Shown here: one piece after another, positions 18,997 to 28,813 of the stretch
How the letters are laid out: each line of letters opens with the position of its first letter
Numbering within the stretch: position 1 is the stretch's first letter
Assembly (NCBI GenBank): GCA_002378195.1
Contig: DFRJ01000002.1
Coordinates: forward strand, 329,677-393,676
Direction: 5' to 3'
Length of the DNA stretch: 64,000 bases
Source: Patescibacteria group bacterium UBA3466
GTDB taxonomy: Bacteria > Patescibacteriota > Minisyncoccia > Phycocordibacterales > UBA918
Translations under genes and position numbers: made by a program
Notes under the pieces: generated by a model
The model's input: the letters and a program-made list of their open reading frames with translations, nothing else
What the model was told of the DNA's origin: nothing
Database searches by the model: none

Positions 18997-19707
18997 ATGG
19001 AATTCCCGATGCGGATAAATAAATACCTCGCCCACAACAACATCGCCTCACGCCGTGAAGCCGATGTGCTTATTGCGGCCGGAAAGGTACTCATAAATGG
19101 CAAAAAAGCCGAAATGGGGCAGCAGGTGGAAGAAGGTGACAGGGTAGACATCAAGGGAAAAACAAAATCTAAAACCTACCTCGCCTACTACAAAGGTCGC
19201 GGAATCATCACTCACTCCCCTTCCGTCAAAGAAACGGACATCGCTACTAAGCTCGAGACAGACTATGGTCTTACCGGCGTAGCTCCAGTTGGACGCCTCG
19301 ACAAGGATTCTGAGGGTCTTATCATCCTCTCTAATGACGGACGGATTACCGGACCACTCTTAAATCCTGAAGCCAACCACGAGAAAGAGTACGAGGTGCT
19401 GGTAGACAAGCGTGTGTCAGGGATGTTTGTGCGAGCAATGCAAAACGGTGTCGATATCGAAGGCTACCGCACCAAGCCAGCTAAAGTGGCTCCAAGTCAA
19501 AAAAACGACAAACGCTTCACTCTCATTATTACCGAAGGTAAAAAACACCAAATCCGCCGGATGTGTGCTGCTCTCGGCTTCCAAGTGCAAACTCTGAAAC
19601 GGACCAGAGTAATGAACATCAAACTAGGAAAGATAAAACCCAACCAATTCCGTAAGATAGAAGGGAGTGAGCTTGATACACTCCTCAAATCATTAAAAAT
19701 CAAATAA
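18997..19707 (+). CDS. rRNA pseudouridine synthase, RsuA/RluB/RluF family
   Basis: S4 domain MRINKYLA..SRREAD; catalytic GRLDKDSEGL; EGKKHQIRRM. Confidence 0.93.
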   Translation: MEFPMRINKYLAHNNIASRREADVLIAAGKVLINGKKAEMGQQVEEGDRVDIKGKTKSKTYLAYYKGRGIITHSPSVKETDIATKLETDYGLTGVAPVGRLDKDSEGLIILSNDGRITGPLLNPEANHEKEYEVLVDKRVSGMFVRAMQNGVDIEGYRTKPAKVAPSQKNDKRFTLIITEGKKHQIRRMCAALGFQVQTLKRTRVMNIKLGKIKPNQFRKIEGSELDTLLKSLKIK

Positions 19708-19732
19708 AAAACCCGCCAAATTGGCGGGTTTT
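19708..19732. terminator. Bidirectional terminator
   Basis: AAAACCCGCCAA-A-TTGGCGGGTTTT between convergent genes. Confidence 0.8.
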
Positions 19733-19750
19733 GACTGAAACCAGACGATC

Positions 19751-20098
19751 TTACTTGATAGTTAGGTAGAGACTCTGGTCGACTAGTTCCTTGACGGGTA
19801 TCTCAGGAACCCGTTCTGACGGGCCGCCGAGTGACGTGTGTACAAGGAATTCTCCATCGAAAGTATACGAGCGAAAATTTCCCAAATCATACGTGTAGCT
19901 CAACTCGAGTGGCGGAACCCCCTCAATCCACACCTTGGTACCATCAGGCACCCTAACTTCATGCTGACCTGCAAATCCATAGCCCGCAACAAACTTACAC
20001 CGCCCCGGTGAATCACCAGGTAACACATGGACTCTTTCACCGCTTTTTGGACAGGTGGGTTCCACATCAGCCGCTCCCAACGATGCTTGTGTCTGCAT
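19751..20098 (-). CDS. Hypothetical protein (ORFan)
   Basis: ORF 19751..20194; likely start ATG 20098 after SD AAGGAG; no recognisable motif. Confidence 0.55.
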   Translation of the reverse strand: MQTQASLGAADVEPTCPKSGERVHVLPGDSPGRCKFVAGYGFAGQHEVRVPDGTKVWIEGVPPLELSYTYDLGNFRSYTFDGEFLVHTSLGGPSERVPEIPVKELVDQSLYLTIK

Positions 20099-20194
20099 CT
20101 CATCTCCTTTTTGTACTATTAGTGGTTTCGCCCCTTGCTCAACCTCTATTTCGAATATAACTCTAAGTCTTGAATTGCGCAAATGGTAATGCAC

Positions 20195-20235
20195 ATGAAT
20201 AAAAGGCCGGAGCGAAGCTCCGGCCTTTTATTCAT
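20195..20235. repeat. 19-bp perfect inverted repeat with C-GAA-G triloop (terminator/REP-like)
   Basis: ATGAATAAAAGGCCGGAGC-GAA-GCTCCGGCCTTTTATTCAT; near-identical core at 25276..25304. Confidence 0.8.
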
Positions 20236-21190
20236 CCCCATCATCCTCATCCTCAATCTCCTGCTGAATAATCTCTTCGATAATATCCTCCATAGAAACC
20301 ACCCCAATAAACTGTTTTTGACTATTTTGCACAATCGCTAAATGCTGCCGATTCTTAAGCATCCGCGCCAGAACCCGATCCAACATATCGTTTCCTCGTA
20401 CCCGTAAAAACTTTTTATCTACCGCATCTTCAGTTTGTCTCAGTGAAATATCATCATCCTCAACCAACAATTCTTTTACATATAAAATACCGATAATATT
20501 GCTTTCATTTCCGCTATAAACCGGGATTCGTGAGTAGCCGCTGTCAGTGATTTTTTCAAAAAAGTCATCAGTTAGTTTTTGATTTTCATCCGCCGACACC
20601 ACGTCTTTGGCAGGAGTCATGACTTCTCTCACTCGTACATGCGAAAACTGCAGCGCGCCGTGCAAAATCCGCTCCTCATCAGCATCAATATCACTATGCT
20701 CTGAGTTCTCGTGCTCTGAGATAATGTCCATTAACTCAGACTTTGAATAGGTAGTGGGTAATTCCGAACCAAGGAAGTAGTCTAGAACCTTTGAGATCGG
20801 CCAAGCAATCGGAAAACACAGTACAATTGCCAACTTAGTAAACCAAATGGTTTTAGCGCCAAACCATAGCGCATAGCGTGAAATCACTGCTTGCGGGATA
20901 ATCTCACCAAAGACCACGATAAGGGCTGTAGCAATGATCCCTGCGATCAGGCCAGATGCGATTGTACCCAAAAAGATAGATAAGGTGGTGTTAACGGCCA
21001 CGTTACCTAGAAGTAGCGTAGTCAACAGTAAATTTCCATTTTGCCGCACCGGGTAAATAGTTTTAGCATTTTCATCACCGTGCCTGGCCCGTCTAGCGAG
21101 TGATTGGGTATCTAGCGATAGGAGTCCAAGTGTTAAGCCCGAGAAGAGCCCTGATAAAAGCACAAGGACTAAAGATATTATGTATTCCAT
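20228..21190 (-). CDS. CNNM/DUF21 + CBS domain protein (CorC/HlyC-like)
   Basis: LSGLFSGLTLGLLSLD, LLLGNVAVN, FGEIIPQA, VREVMTP, SGYSRIPVY, GVVSMEDIIEEI. Confidence 0.92.
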   Translation of the reverse strand: MEYIISLVLVLLSGLFSGLTLGLLSLDTQSLARRARHGDENAKTIYPVRQNGNLLLTTLLLGNVAVNTTLSIFLGTIASGLIAGIIATALIVVFGEIIPQAVISRYALWFGAKTIWFTKLAIVLCFPIAWPISKVLDYFLGSELPTTYSKSELMDIISEHENSEHSDIDADEERILHGALQFSHVRVREVMTPAKDVVSADENQKLTDDFFEKITDSGYSRIPVYSGNESNIIGILYVKELLVEDDDISLRQTEDAVDKKFLRVRGNDMLDRVLARMLKNRQHLAIVQNSQKQFIGVVSMEDIIEEIIQQEIEDEDDGDE

Positions 21191-21300
21191 GAATTATTCG
21201 CCACATTTCAACACGTTTTATAAAAAATAGCAACTGAATAATCTGGAATCCAGCTGGATTTAAAACCATTATTAATTAAGCAATGTTACAATAAGAAAAT

Positions 21301-22209
21301 ATGGCAACAATGGGTAAATTTTCATTAATGAACGGGAATATTGTTCCTACCGAAGAAGCCACTGTTTCAGTGGCTAGCTCAGCTGTTTTATACGGACTCA
21401 GCGTATACTCTGTCTTCTTTGGCAAACACACCCCAGACGGCATGTTGTGCTTTAGGATCCCAGATCACATTAAGCGACTCCAACAATCAGCTCGCATGAT
21501 TGGCCTCACCGGCACAACTCAGACTCTTGAGAAAGAACCGTTAGTTGAAGAAATCAAAGAGCTGATTGCTATGAACAAACCAACCACTGACCAATTCTTC
21601 AGAGTCACTGTACACGCCGTGTCAGAGGTAGCTGGCGTGCGCACCTCAGATTTAGACTTGGTGACTTCAGTCTTTATGTACGACGCGGTCAATATTTTGC
21701 CGCAAGATCAGGCCAAGCTAAAGACCAGCCTCTGGCGTCGTACGGCCGATACTGCCATCCCTGCTCGAGCCAAGGTGAATGGTGCTTACGTTAATTCGGC
21801 TCTAGCTAAGCAAGACGCTATCGACGCCGGTTTTGATGACTGCTTATTCTTAAATCAAAATGGCTATGTGAGCGAGCTCAGTGCGGCTAACATTTTTATG
21901 ATTAAACGTGGTGAATTGATCACTCCTGACTGCGCTTCAGACATCTTAGAAGGGATCACTCGCCGCAGCATTATCGAACTGGCCGAACAGAAAGGAATGA
22001 AGATTTGTGAGCGCAAGGTCGCTCTCACTGAAATGTATACCGCTGATGAAGTGTTCGCTTGTGGCACCTCAGCTTTTGTGTCACCAATCGTAAATATTGA
22101 CGGACGGATAATTTCCGACGGTACCAGCGGCAAGTACACTAATGATCTCCGTCAACAATTAGCCGACGCTCAAGCTGATCTGACAAGTGACTGGACCACC
22201 TTACTCTAA
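21301..22209 (+). CDS. ilvE: Class IV PLP aminotransferase (branched-chain amino acid aminotransferase-like)
   Basis: RAKVNGAYVNS (PLP Lys), ELSAANIF, ILEGITRRSI, ADEVFACGT. Confidence 0.85.
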   Translation: MATMGKFSLMNGNIVPTEEATVSVASSAVLYGLSVYSVFFGKHTPDGMLCFRIPDHIKRLQQSARMIGLTGTTQTLEKEPLVEEIKELIAMNKPTTDQFFRVTVHAVSEVAGVRTSDLDLVTSVFMYDAVNILPQDQAKLKTSLWRRTADTAIPARAKVNGAYVNSALAKQDAIDAGFDDCLFLNQNGYVSELSAANIFMIKRGELITPDCASDILEGITRRSIIELAEQKGMKICERKVALTEMYTADEVFACGTSAFVSPIVNIDGRIISDGTSGKYTNDLRQQLADAQADLTSDWTTLL

Positions 22210-22214
22210 AGGTA

Positions 22215-22598
22215 TTAAAAAATAGCGTGCGCTAAGAGCATAATAGCGAACATGCAAAAAATATAGCCGACTTCAATACTGATGGTAAGGCGGTTTTTTT
22301 GCGCGAAGAAACCGCTGGCTTTAGTGAAAGCGATGATTGTTAGTGTGATCAAAATGGCGAGCGGCAAATCGTTATAGACTTCGGTCATGCCGATTGCCCA
22401 AGCCATAAAAAAAGTAGCGAAAGCCTGCGCAATCAAACCCAGCTTCATGTCTCCCCCTCCAGATTTTGTAAGACCCAAGCCAGACCGCCATTTTGGACCA
22501 AAGGCATAATCGCTATACCAAATATACCCAACCAGAAAAGATACGATTGACCCTAGGCACACGGCTGTCCAGTTAGTATCAATAAATAGAGGTTCCAT
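22215..22598 (-). CDS. DUF1761 family membrane protein
   Basis: NWTAV..FLVGYIWYS..FGPKW; four TM helices. Confidence 0.8.
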   Translation of the reverse strand: MEPLFIDTNWTAVCLGSIVSFLVGYIWYSDYAFGPKWRSGLGLTKSGGGDMKLGLIAQAFATFFMAWAIGMTEVYNDLPLAILITLTIIAFTKASGFFAQKNRLTISIEVGYIFCMFAIMLLAHAIF

Positions 22599-22699
22599 GT
22601 CAGTATTACTATAAGGACATTGTACTCTGAATCCACAAAAGTAGTACTGTTGGTTGTGGTTATTACGAAGTAAGGCCGGCGTCTACGACGCCGGCCATT

Positions 22700-23197
22700 C
22701 TATCCACACAAGATTTTCCACCAAAACGGAAACTCGGTCCGAATCACAGTCATAAGTAGCTCTTGATTACGAGCGCCAATATCTGGCAACCACGCACTAC
22801 ACTCCATGACCACTCGACTAGACTTATCCCAGGTATTATCTACAACATGTGACACGTGCACAATGTCATCATCGCCGTACCAAATGACGGAACAAAAACC
22901 ATGCCTCAAACCTTGGTTGACGATTTGATCACGGAAATAATCAATACTGGTCAGTATTTCATTACGCTCATCCAATGACAGAGCGTTCTCACCTGTACCA
23001 GTATCAAACGCCAACAAGAAAATCGGTGCGGATTCGGGAAAACCTTCTGGAGTAACAGACAGAGTCAACAAACCTCTCTCAGTCACTCCACACTCATTAG
23101 CCACTGCTCGCAACTTACTCCTGATTAGATATATTTTTAATAGACCATCAAGCCGATTGAGAAGATTACCCGCATAACGCAAAACTGATTGGAACAT
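22700..23197 (-). CDS. Hypothetical protein (ORFan) with shared leader
   Basis: 165-aa ORF with SD GAGGA and a sigma70 promoter upstream. Confidence 0.7.
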   Translation of the reverse strand: MFQSVLRYAGNLLNRLDGLLKIYLIRSKLRAVANECGVTERGLLTLSVTPEGFPESAPIFLLAFDTGTGENALSLDERNEILTSIDYFRDQIVNQGLRHGFCSVIWYGDDDIVHVSHVVDNTWDKSSRVVMECSAWLPDIGARNQELLMTVIRTEFPFWWKILCG

Positions 23198-23199
23198 TA

Positions 23200-23261
23200 C
23201 TAATCCTCGCTATTCGCGCATTAGATAATAAAAAGGTACTAGAACCATCAATATCTTGCAA
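23200..23261 (-). promoter_or_regulatory. Promoter TTGCAA-17-TACCTT plus SD hairpin leader (copy 1)
   Basis: CTAAT-G-CGC-GAATA-GCG-AGG-ATTAG immediately before the ATG. Confidence 0.7.
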
Positions 23262-23289
23262 CAAAAAAGCCGCATAGGCTCTTTTGTCC

Positions 23290-23805
23290 TTAGCGGCTGT
23301 TAATTAATACGAACTGGTGACGACAGCGTTTGCCATAGATCAACGCGTTATGGTGAAAGATCTCGACCAGGTTCATTGCTCGACTGCTTGGCGACCAGAT
23401 GAGAAATTCAATAATCGACAGATCATTTCCTGATTCATCTTCCGATATTCCCACCCTGAAAGCATAAGTGTCATTTAGCCGGTACACACCGGTTGTACCC
23501 TTCCACTCCACTTCCAAAGGATGATTAATGAAGGCTTGAAACGCCTCTTCAATTAACCCACGGTCACCCTCTTCCGTATTGCAGGCTACGCACGAATCTA
23601 TAGCATTGATTACCTCATTTTCACCACTCAAACTTGGGCCGGGAAAATGAGCAATAAAATTCATGGCGAACTTGTCGGTAAACTCAATTGATTCAGCGAG
23701 GCTTGCAACTGTATTACACATCAGCTGCACCTGAACACTGGTATCTGGCGGTAAATCGACCTCGACTTCGATATATGATTCTTGTACCTTGTCCTGTTCA
23801 ATCAC
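23290..23805 (-). CDS. Hypothetical protein (ORFan) with shared leader
   Basis: 171-aa ORF, GTG start after SD GAGGAG. Confidence 0.7.
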   Translation of the reverse strand: MIEQDKVQESYIEVEVDLPPDTSVQVQLMCNTVASLAESIEFTDKFAMNFIAHFPGPSLSGENEVINAIDSCVACNTEEGDRGLIEEAFQAFINHPLEVEWKGTTGVYRLNDTYAFRVGISEDESGNDLSIIEFLIWSPSSRAMNLVEIFHHNALIYGKRCRHQFVLINSR

Positions 23806-23807
23806 TA

Positions 23808-23871
23808 TTAACTCCTCGCTTTCGCGTAGTTAAGAGTTTTTTAAGATACTGTAGCAATCTAGATAATGCAA
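23808..23871 (-). promoter_or_regulatory. Promoter TTGCAT-17-TATCTT plus SD hairpin leader (copy 2)
   Basis: TTAACT-A-CGC-GAAA-GCG-AGG-AGTTAA; 28 nt identical to 24590..24617. Confidence 0.75.
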
Positions 23872-23884
23872 ATCACAGCATACC

Positions 23885-24052
23885 CTACTGACCAAGCAGG
23901 TCAGCTGCCTCTTCTGCACCATTAATCATTTCGTTGTATTCCCGCCTTTGCTCAGCCATAGTTTTACCCTCGGTAGACTGATTGGCGCTGGTCATCCACC
24001 ATATTGCAAAAGCAGTTACGAATAAAATAGAAATTAAACTGAATACTCTCAT
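23885..24052 (-). CDS. 55-aa single-TM small protein (not in ORF track)
   Basis: Manual translation: MRVFSLISILFVTAFAIWWMTSANQSTEGKTMAEQRREYNEMINGAEEAADLLGQ*. Confidence 0.6.
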   Translation of the reverse strand: MRVFSLISILFVTAFAIWWMTSANQSTEGKTMAEQRREYNEMINGAEEAADLLGQ

Positions 24053-24142
24053 TGAGTTAGTTTACTATATAAAAATGCCGGCGAGCAAAGCTCGCCGGCC
24101 ACCGCACCACCCTCAGTGCTTTCTTGGCATCTTCACAAAGTG

Positions 24143-24586
24143 TCACCAGATTCTTTCAGATAATGCCGCCACTGCTGTGCAAGCTTCCTGAAGCCTGTCA
24201 CCCTGACCAGAAAAACAAAATGCTACTACGGAATCTGCATTGGCATGCCAAAAATCAACCTCCCAGTAAGCAAAAAAGACGGATCCTCCGGCACAATCAT
24301 AGAGTGCCAAGTCTTCAAATTTATGCCTCTGATTAATGTACTCGTCCATAATGACTCCTACATGCGCCTTGAGCTCATCAGATACAGGTAGCAGCAAATT
24401 GGGGTAAACAACCCAATCTTTGTAAGTCACTGACTGATTGCAATCAACCTGAGACGGATACGCCACCTGATAAGCAACGGTCAGCTCACCCTCAAAGCCT
24501 GCCTGATCAATTGCTTGTGCGATCTCATAATTCAAAATGAACACTTTCTCGATTTGCAAGTAACCCTCATCAGCTACAGTCCGCAT
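24143..24586 (-). CDS. Hypothetical protein (ORFan) with shared leader
   Basis: 147-aa ORF after SD GAGGAG. Confidence 0.7.
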   Translation of the reverse strand: MRTVADEGYLQIEKVFILNYEIAQAIDQAGFEGELTVAYQVAYPSQVDCNQSVTYKDWVVYPNLLLPVSDELKAHVGVIMDEYINQRHKFEDLALYDCAGGSVFFAYWEVDFWHANADSVVAFCFSGQGDRLQEACTAVAALSERIW

Positions 24587-24589
24587 TTC

Positions 24590-24652
24590 TAACTCCTCGC
24601 TTTCGCGTAGTTAAGAGATTATTAGGATACTGCAAACAATACGCTCTAGCAA
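24590..24652 (-). promoter_or_regulatory. Promoter TTGCTA-17-TATCCT plus SD hairpin leader (copy 3)
   Basis: TAACT-A-CGC-GAAA-GCG-AGG-AGTTA. Confidence 0.75.
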
Positions 24653-24704
24653 ATAAAAAAGCTGCTAGAGATACCTCCAGCAGCCTACCGACAGCTTACA
24701 GTGA

Positions 24705-25211
24705 TTAATTCACCATTTTTTGCCGTACTCTAGCCCAGTGCCTATCAATGGATTTTTGTGTTGCCTCCCACAGACAACGCTCCGGATTAGATGTTAGATA
24801 CTTAGTAAAATGTTCCAGATTAGTACCGTCAAATGATCTCAGTAGCACCATCAAGATTGAGACCCCGGGCCAACCCTCTTTATACATCCAAACGTTATCC
24901 AGTACCTGACCAGACACGCTCTTGGCAACCACTTTGCCTGCGCAAATATCCTGATAGAGCCTAGGCAAAGAACCAGGGCCATCTCTCAATATTTGACGGT
25001 CTCCACTATCACAATCTGGACTATAGCCCTGCATCACGTAGTGATAACCAGGGTGACTATTCCAAGGACCAGGCTCATAGCGAGCAATGCATATTTCATA
25101 ACCTACCCTGTCATTTTTTTGCACAACGTTAGCGTGTTTAAAAATATTCACCACCTCAAGAGACAGAGTAGTACCATCTCCCAGATAGTTTAAAGCGTAT
25201 GGGTTAGACAT
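24705..25211 (-). CDS. Hypothetical protein (ORFan)
   Basis: 168-aa ORF; SD GGAGG; TTGACA upstream. Confidence 0.7.
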   Translation of the reverse strand: MSNPYALNYLGDGTTLSLEVVNIFKHANVVQKNDRVGYEICIARYEPGPWNSHPGYHYVMQGYSPDCDSGDRQILRDGPGSLPRLYQDICAGKVVAKSVSGQVLDNVWMYKEGWPGVSILMVLLRSFDGTNLEHFTKYLTSNPERCLWEATQKSIDRHWARVRQKMVN

Positions 25212-25275
25212 TTCATGCCTCCAAAGAACTTAATAACTAGTAAACTTAGTACCTAAAATTTATGACATTGTCAAT

Positions 25276-25304
25276 AAAAGGCCGGGGCGAAGCTCCGGCC
25301 TTTT
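25276..25304 (-). terminator. typA terminator, same palindrome family as 20195..20235
   Basis: AAAAGGCCGGGGC-GAA-GCTCCGGCCTTTT. Confidence 0.75.
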
Positions 25305-25306
25305 TG

Positions 25307-27088
25307 TTATTTATCTCGCTTTCGTTCGCTTTCTTTAAGAAATTGCTTACGTAGTCTAATTGACTCCGGACAAACTTCTAGATATTCGTCGGCCAACATA
25401 ATCTCAAGTCCAAGCTCGATTGAAAGTGGTTTGTGGGGAGTTAGATTGATCGCATCATCACTTCCTGACGCTCTGACGTTGGTAAGCTGCTTTCCTTTCG
25501 TCGGATTTACCACCATCTCTTCTCCCTTTGAGGTATTTCCGATCACCATACCTTCATACACCTCTTCTCCCGCTCCAATATATAACTCACCTCGATCTTG
25601 CAGTCCAAAGAGTGAAAAACCAAGCGCTTTTCCCGTCGCCATTGACGTCATTGAGGCTGTCTTTCGTTTCTTGATCTCTCCCGCATATGGTCGGAACTCA
25701 ATAAATCGTGAGGCCATAATTCCCTCACCTTTAGTATCAATGATGAATTGGTTCTTGTAGCCAAGTAGACCACGGGTTGGACCTTCAAACAATAACCGCA
25801 CCTGATTCTCGTGCGGAATCATGTTTTGCATAATAAAGCCGCGATTAGAAAGTCGTTCGATCACCGCTCCCTGGTACTCTTCTGGAATATCAATAGTTAC
25901 TTCCTCGTACGGCTCAGACTTCACGCCATCAATTTCTTTGATAATCACCTCTGGTTGAGATACGGATAGTTCGTACCCTTCTCGTCTCATGTTTTCAAGA
26001 AGTACCGCAATGTGCATTTCTCCTCGTCCTTTTACTAGGAAGGTGTCACCAGTACTTTCAACTTGCAGACCAACGTTAATCTCCAGCTCTTTTTCGAGTC
26101 GTTCACCAATTTGTCGTGAGGTTACATACTTTCCTTCTCGTCCAGCAAATGGACTTGAATTTACCAAGAATGTCATTGCTACTGTTGGCTCATCTACTGA
26201 GATAGCTGGCAACAGCTCAGCTCCTTCATCATCGGTAATAGTTTCACCAATATTAATATCTTCTAAACCAGCAATCAGAACAATGTCTCCAGCGTAAGCA
26301 TCTTCTAACTCTACCTGCTTTACTCCTTCGTAACCTGAAAGCTTCACGATCTTCCCCTTCTTAGTTTCTTCACCTTCAGATTTAATAAATACTTGTTGAC
26401 CCTTTGAAACCTTTCCGTCGTAGATTCGTGCCACTGCGAGTCGCCCAAGGAAGTTATCGTAACCAAGATTAAACACCTGAGCTCGGAGGGCATCAGCTTC
26501 GTCATATCCCTTAGCCGCTGGCACGTGCTCGAGCACAGTATCAAGAACTGGTGCAAGATCTGTCATCTCGTCTTCCATATTCTTTTTGGCCACACCGTCT
26601 CGTCCAATAGCGTAAACTACCGGAAAATCAGACTGTTCGTCGTTTGCACCTAGTTCTAGGAAAAGCTCCAAGACTTGCTCTTCAGCCCGATCAGGATCAG
26701 CCGCTGGCTTATCGATCTTGTTTAGTACCACAATTGGCTTCAAGCCTAACTCGAGAGACTTCTTGAGTACGAAACGTGTTTGTGGCATTGGACCCTCCTG
26801 CGCGTCGACCACCAACAGCACCGAATCGATTGAACGTAGTACCCGTTCTACCTCTGATCCGAAGTCGGCGTGACCAGGAGTGTCTACAATATTAATCTTG
26901 GTATCTTTGTAGGTTACTGAAGTATTCTTGGCGTAAATGGTAATACCCCGCTCTTGCTCAAGCGCGTTATTATCCATTGACGCATCACCGTCTCGGGAGC
27001 CAGTAAATTCCATCAAACCATCTGTAAGCGTGGTTTTTCCGTGGTCTACGTGCGCGATGATTGCGATATTACGAATTTCCTGTGACAT
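25307..27088 (-). CDS. typA: Translational GTPase TypA/BipA
   Basis: [55 protein letters not shown]. True start MSQEIRN at 27088. Confidence 0.97.
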   Translation of the reverse strand: MSQEIRNIAIIAHVDHGKTTLTDGLMEFTGSRDGDASMDNNALEQERGITIYAKNTSVTYKDTKINIVDTPGHADFGSEVERVLRSIDSVLLVVDAQEGPMPQTRFVLKKSLELGLKPIVVLNKIDKPAADPDRAEEQVLELFLELGANDEQSDFPVVYAIGRDGVAKKNMEDEMTDLAPVLDTVLEHVPAAKGYDEADALRAQVFNLGYDNFLGRLAVARIYDGKVSKGQQVFIKSEGEETKKGKIVKLSGYEGVKQVELEDAYAGDIVLIAGLEDINIGETITDDEGAELLPAISVDEPTVAMTFLVNSSPFAGREGKYVTSRQIGERLEKELEINVGLQVESTGDTFLVKGRGEMHIAVLLENMRREGYELSVSQPEVIIKEIDGVKSEPYEEVTIDIPEEYQGAVIERLSNRGFIMQNMIPHENQVRLLFEGPTRGLLGYKNQFIIDTKGEGIMASRFIEFRPYAGEIKKRKTASMTSMATGKALGFSLFGLQDRGELYIGAGEEVYEGMVIGNTSKGEEMVVNPTKGKQLTNVRASGSDDAINLTPHKPLSIELGLEIMLADEYLEVCPESIRLRKQFLKESERKRDK

Positions 27089-27141
27089 AAATAAAAATAA
27101 TAAATAATAAAACTTCGTGGCCCTACAAAATAGTTGAGAAA

Positions 27142-27170
27142 GGTGGCCGGCGCCTGCGGCGCCGGCCACC
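27142..27170. repeat. GC palindrome GGTGGCCGGCGCC-TGC-GGCGCCGGCCACC in the typA 5' UTR
   Basis: 13-bp stem; the 23-nt core is identical to 62740..62762 inside argS. Confidence 0.85.
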
Positions 27171-27289
27171 CACGAACCCGACTAGAATACTGATTTTATC
27201 CAACTTTGTCTACCTTTTTCATTCCCTCTTGACTAAAATATGTTTTGGAATAAATATACAGTTTGAACTGTACCTTAGGAGCTGAACAT

Positions 27290-27991
27290 ATGACAAATAT
27301 AGATTGTCCGCTATCTGAAACCGAAACAAAGTTTCTTGAATTGGGCGAACTGCTCGTTAATATTGAAAACCTAGAGCAAAAAGCTTGCGAGCTAGGTCAA
27401 TCTTTAGCAGACAACATTGCTGATGGAGCACGAACAGGCGACGATTTTTTCGACTTCTTAATCTGCACCAATAGCGGAAAGTACGATCCGGCCATGCCAG
27501 AACATAACTACCACGAACTCTTCGAAATGCTTGCAACAGAACCTGGGCGCGACATCATGATCTGCCAAATGGCATATTTCATGCACACTGATGCAAAAAT
27601 TTCTCTTTGGTCTATCTATTTGGCAACACTAAGAGAAGGAGAAGTAATTTTCCGACCAGACGAAGAAATGATGACCATTCCGGTCGAGCCGGGTTATATC
27701 AAGTACCAAGAGGTGATCGAAAAAAACCAGTTCAAGTTTGGCTGGCAAATCATTGACCATGATCGGCTGACCGTCGGCGGACTCGAACCACTCAACAATG
27801 ACACTCCGTTTATGGCTCACCGCTTTAGGACGGAAGACATTCGCTATGTTCCCCAGAAGACTCCATGCACCATTCAAAGGCACCCGTACGACCGCGTTGA
27901 GGATGAATACGGCATCAACCCTAGTCTTATTGATAGGCTCGACAAACTATGGCTACGTAGTCGTCGTAAGCTGACCTTAGTCGCCGGTTAA
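27290..27991 (+). CDS. Hypothetical protein (ORFan)
   Basis: SD AGGAG before ATG 27290; TTGACT upstream; terminator hairpin at 28004..28026. Confidence 0.7.
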   Translation: MTNIDCPLSETETKFLELGELLVNIENLEQKACELGQSLADNIADGARTGDDFFDFLICTNSGKYDPAMPEHNYHELFEMLATEPGRDIMICQMAYFMHTDAKISLWSIYLATLREGEVIFRPDEEMMTIPVEPGYIKYQEVIEKNQFKFGWQIIDHDRLTVGGLEPLNNDTPFMAHRFRTEDIRYVPQKTPCTIQRHPYDRVEDEYGINPSLIDRLDKLWLRSRRKLTLVAG

Positions 27992-28099
27992 TCTGACTGG
28001 ACCAGCCCGCACCTCAGGTGCGGGCTTTACAATTCACCCAAAAAAGCCAGATTAGCATAATAAGCCAATACCAAGCCGGAAATAATAATCATGATCACC

Positions 28100-28756
28100 T
28101 TAAGAACCATTGGCTATAACCTTACGATATTGCCACGTCCGACGGATTAAGTAGAGTAGTATTACAATACCGATCGGGTAGTAGATCAGTGACGACGTCA
28201 ACATCTTCAAGGCTGAGTAGCCATAAAATGATTGGATAGTACGAGCATTCGAGATCGCTTCAAAATAGCCACTTGATTCTCCAGGCTGACCTAAGTCCAA
28301 GACATATTTACCAATATTAACCGGTGTACTTACCTCAAGCCTATACACACCATCGTCTAGCTGTTGGGTGATAATGTCACTCTGCCAGAAAGTTAAACCA
28401 ACTCCACCATCCTTAATTCTAGTCCAGTTTTCATTCTGTGGATTAAAACGCGCAATCTCGGTCACTCCGCCACCCCGGCGATCTTGCTTAACTAAGATTA
28501 AACCAAACGGTATCGGATCACCTTCCACTTGATACAACTGACGCAGTGACACATTGAAGGCAGTGTCCTCACTAAGTTTAAATTGATACATTACCGGAAA
28601 ATCTTCCAGGGTACCAAGATGGGTTTGTCGTTCATCAATATCTATATCGATATCAACCACCTCATACGGTTTTTGCACTTCAGTCAAAAGCACTTCATAG
28701 GCCAACACTGGTGAGGCCAGTAGGGTCACCCCCAAGATGAACAGTATTTTTTTCAT
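28100..28756 (-). CDS. Secreted protein with C-terminal TM anchor, hypothetical
   Basis: Signal peptide MKKILFILGVTLLASPVLA; start 6 nt after TATGAT. Confidence 0.75.
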   Translation of the reverse strand: MKKILFILGVTLLASPVLAYEVLLTEVQKPYEVVDIDIDIDERQTHLGTLEDFPVMYQFKLSEDTAFNVSLRQLYQVEGDPIPFGLILVKQDRRGGGVTEIARFNPQNENWTRIKDGGVGLTFWQSDIITQQLDDGVYRLEVSTPVNIGKYVLDLGQPGESSGYFEAISNARTIQSFYGYSALKMLTSSLIYYPIGIVILLYLIRRTWQYRKVIANGS

Positions 28757-28813
28757 AGCTTTATCATAGCAAAAGCCCGAAGTGCCGTCAGGCACTTCGG
28801 GCTAATATGGCTG

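Noticed and set aside
21301-22209. ilvE as evidence of amino-acid biosynthesis
   Set aside because: A lone aminotransferase with no pathway neighbours; compatible with salvage.
25170-25190. Another TCTGGGAGA mini-hairpin inside the 24705..25211 ORF
   Set aside because: It lacks the TGGGGT and ACCGTG flanks, and a lone 9-mer is plausible by chance in 64 kb.
22674-25304. Integron cassette array or CRISPR interpretation of the ORFan run
   Set aside because: No intI, no clear attC RYYYAAC/GTTRRRY ends, the genes have their own promoters, and there are no regularly spaced repeats or cas genes.
27089-27169. N-terminal extension MAGAAGAGH... of TypA in the ORF track
   Set aside because: It is a read-through of the leader palindrome; homology starts at [13 protein letters not shown].
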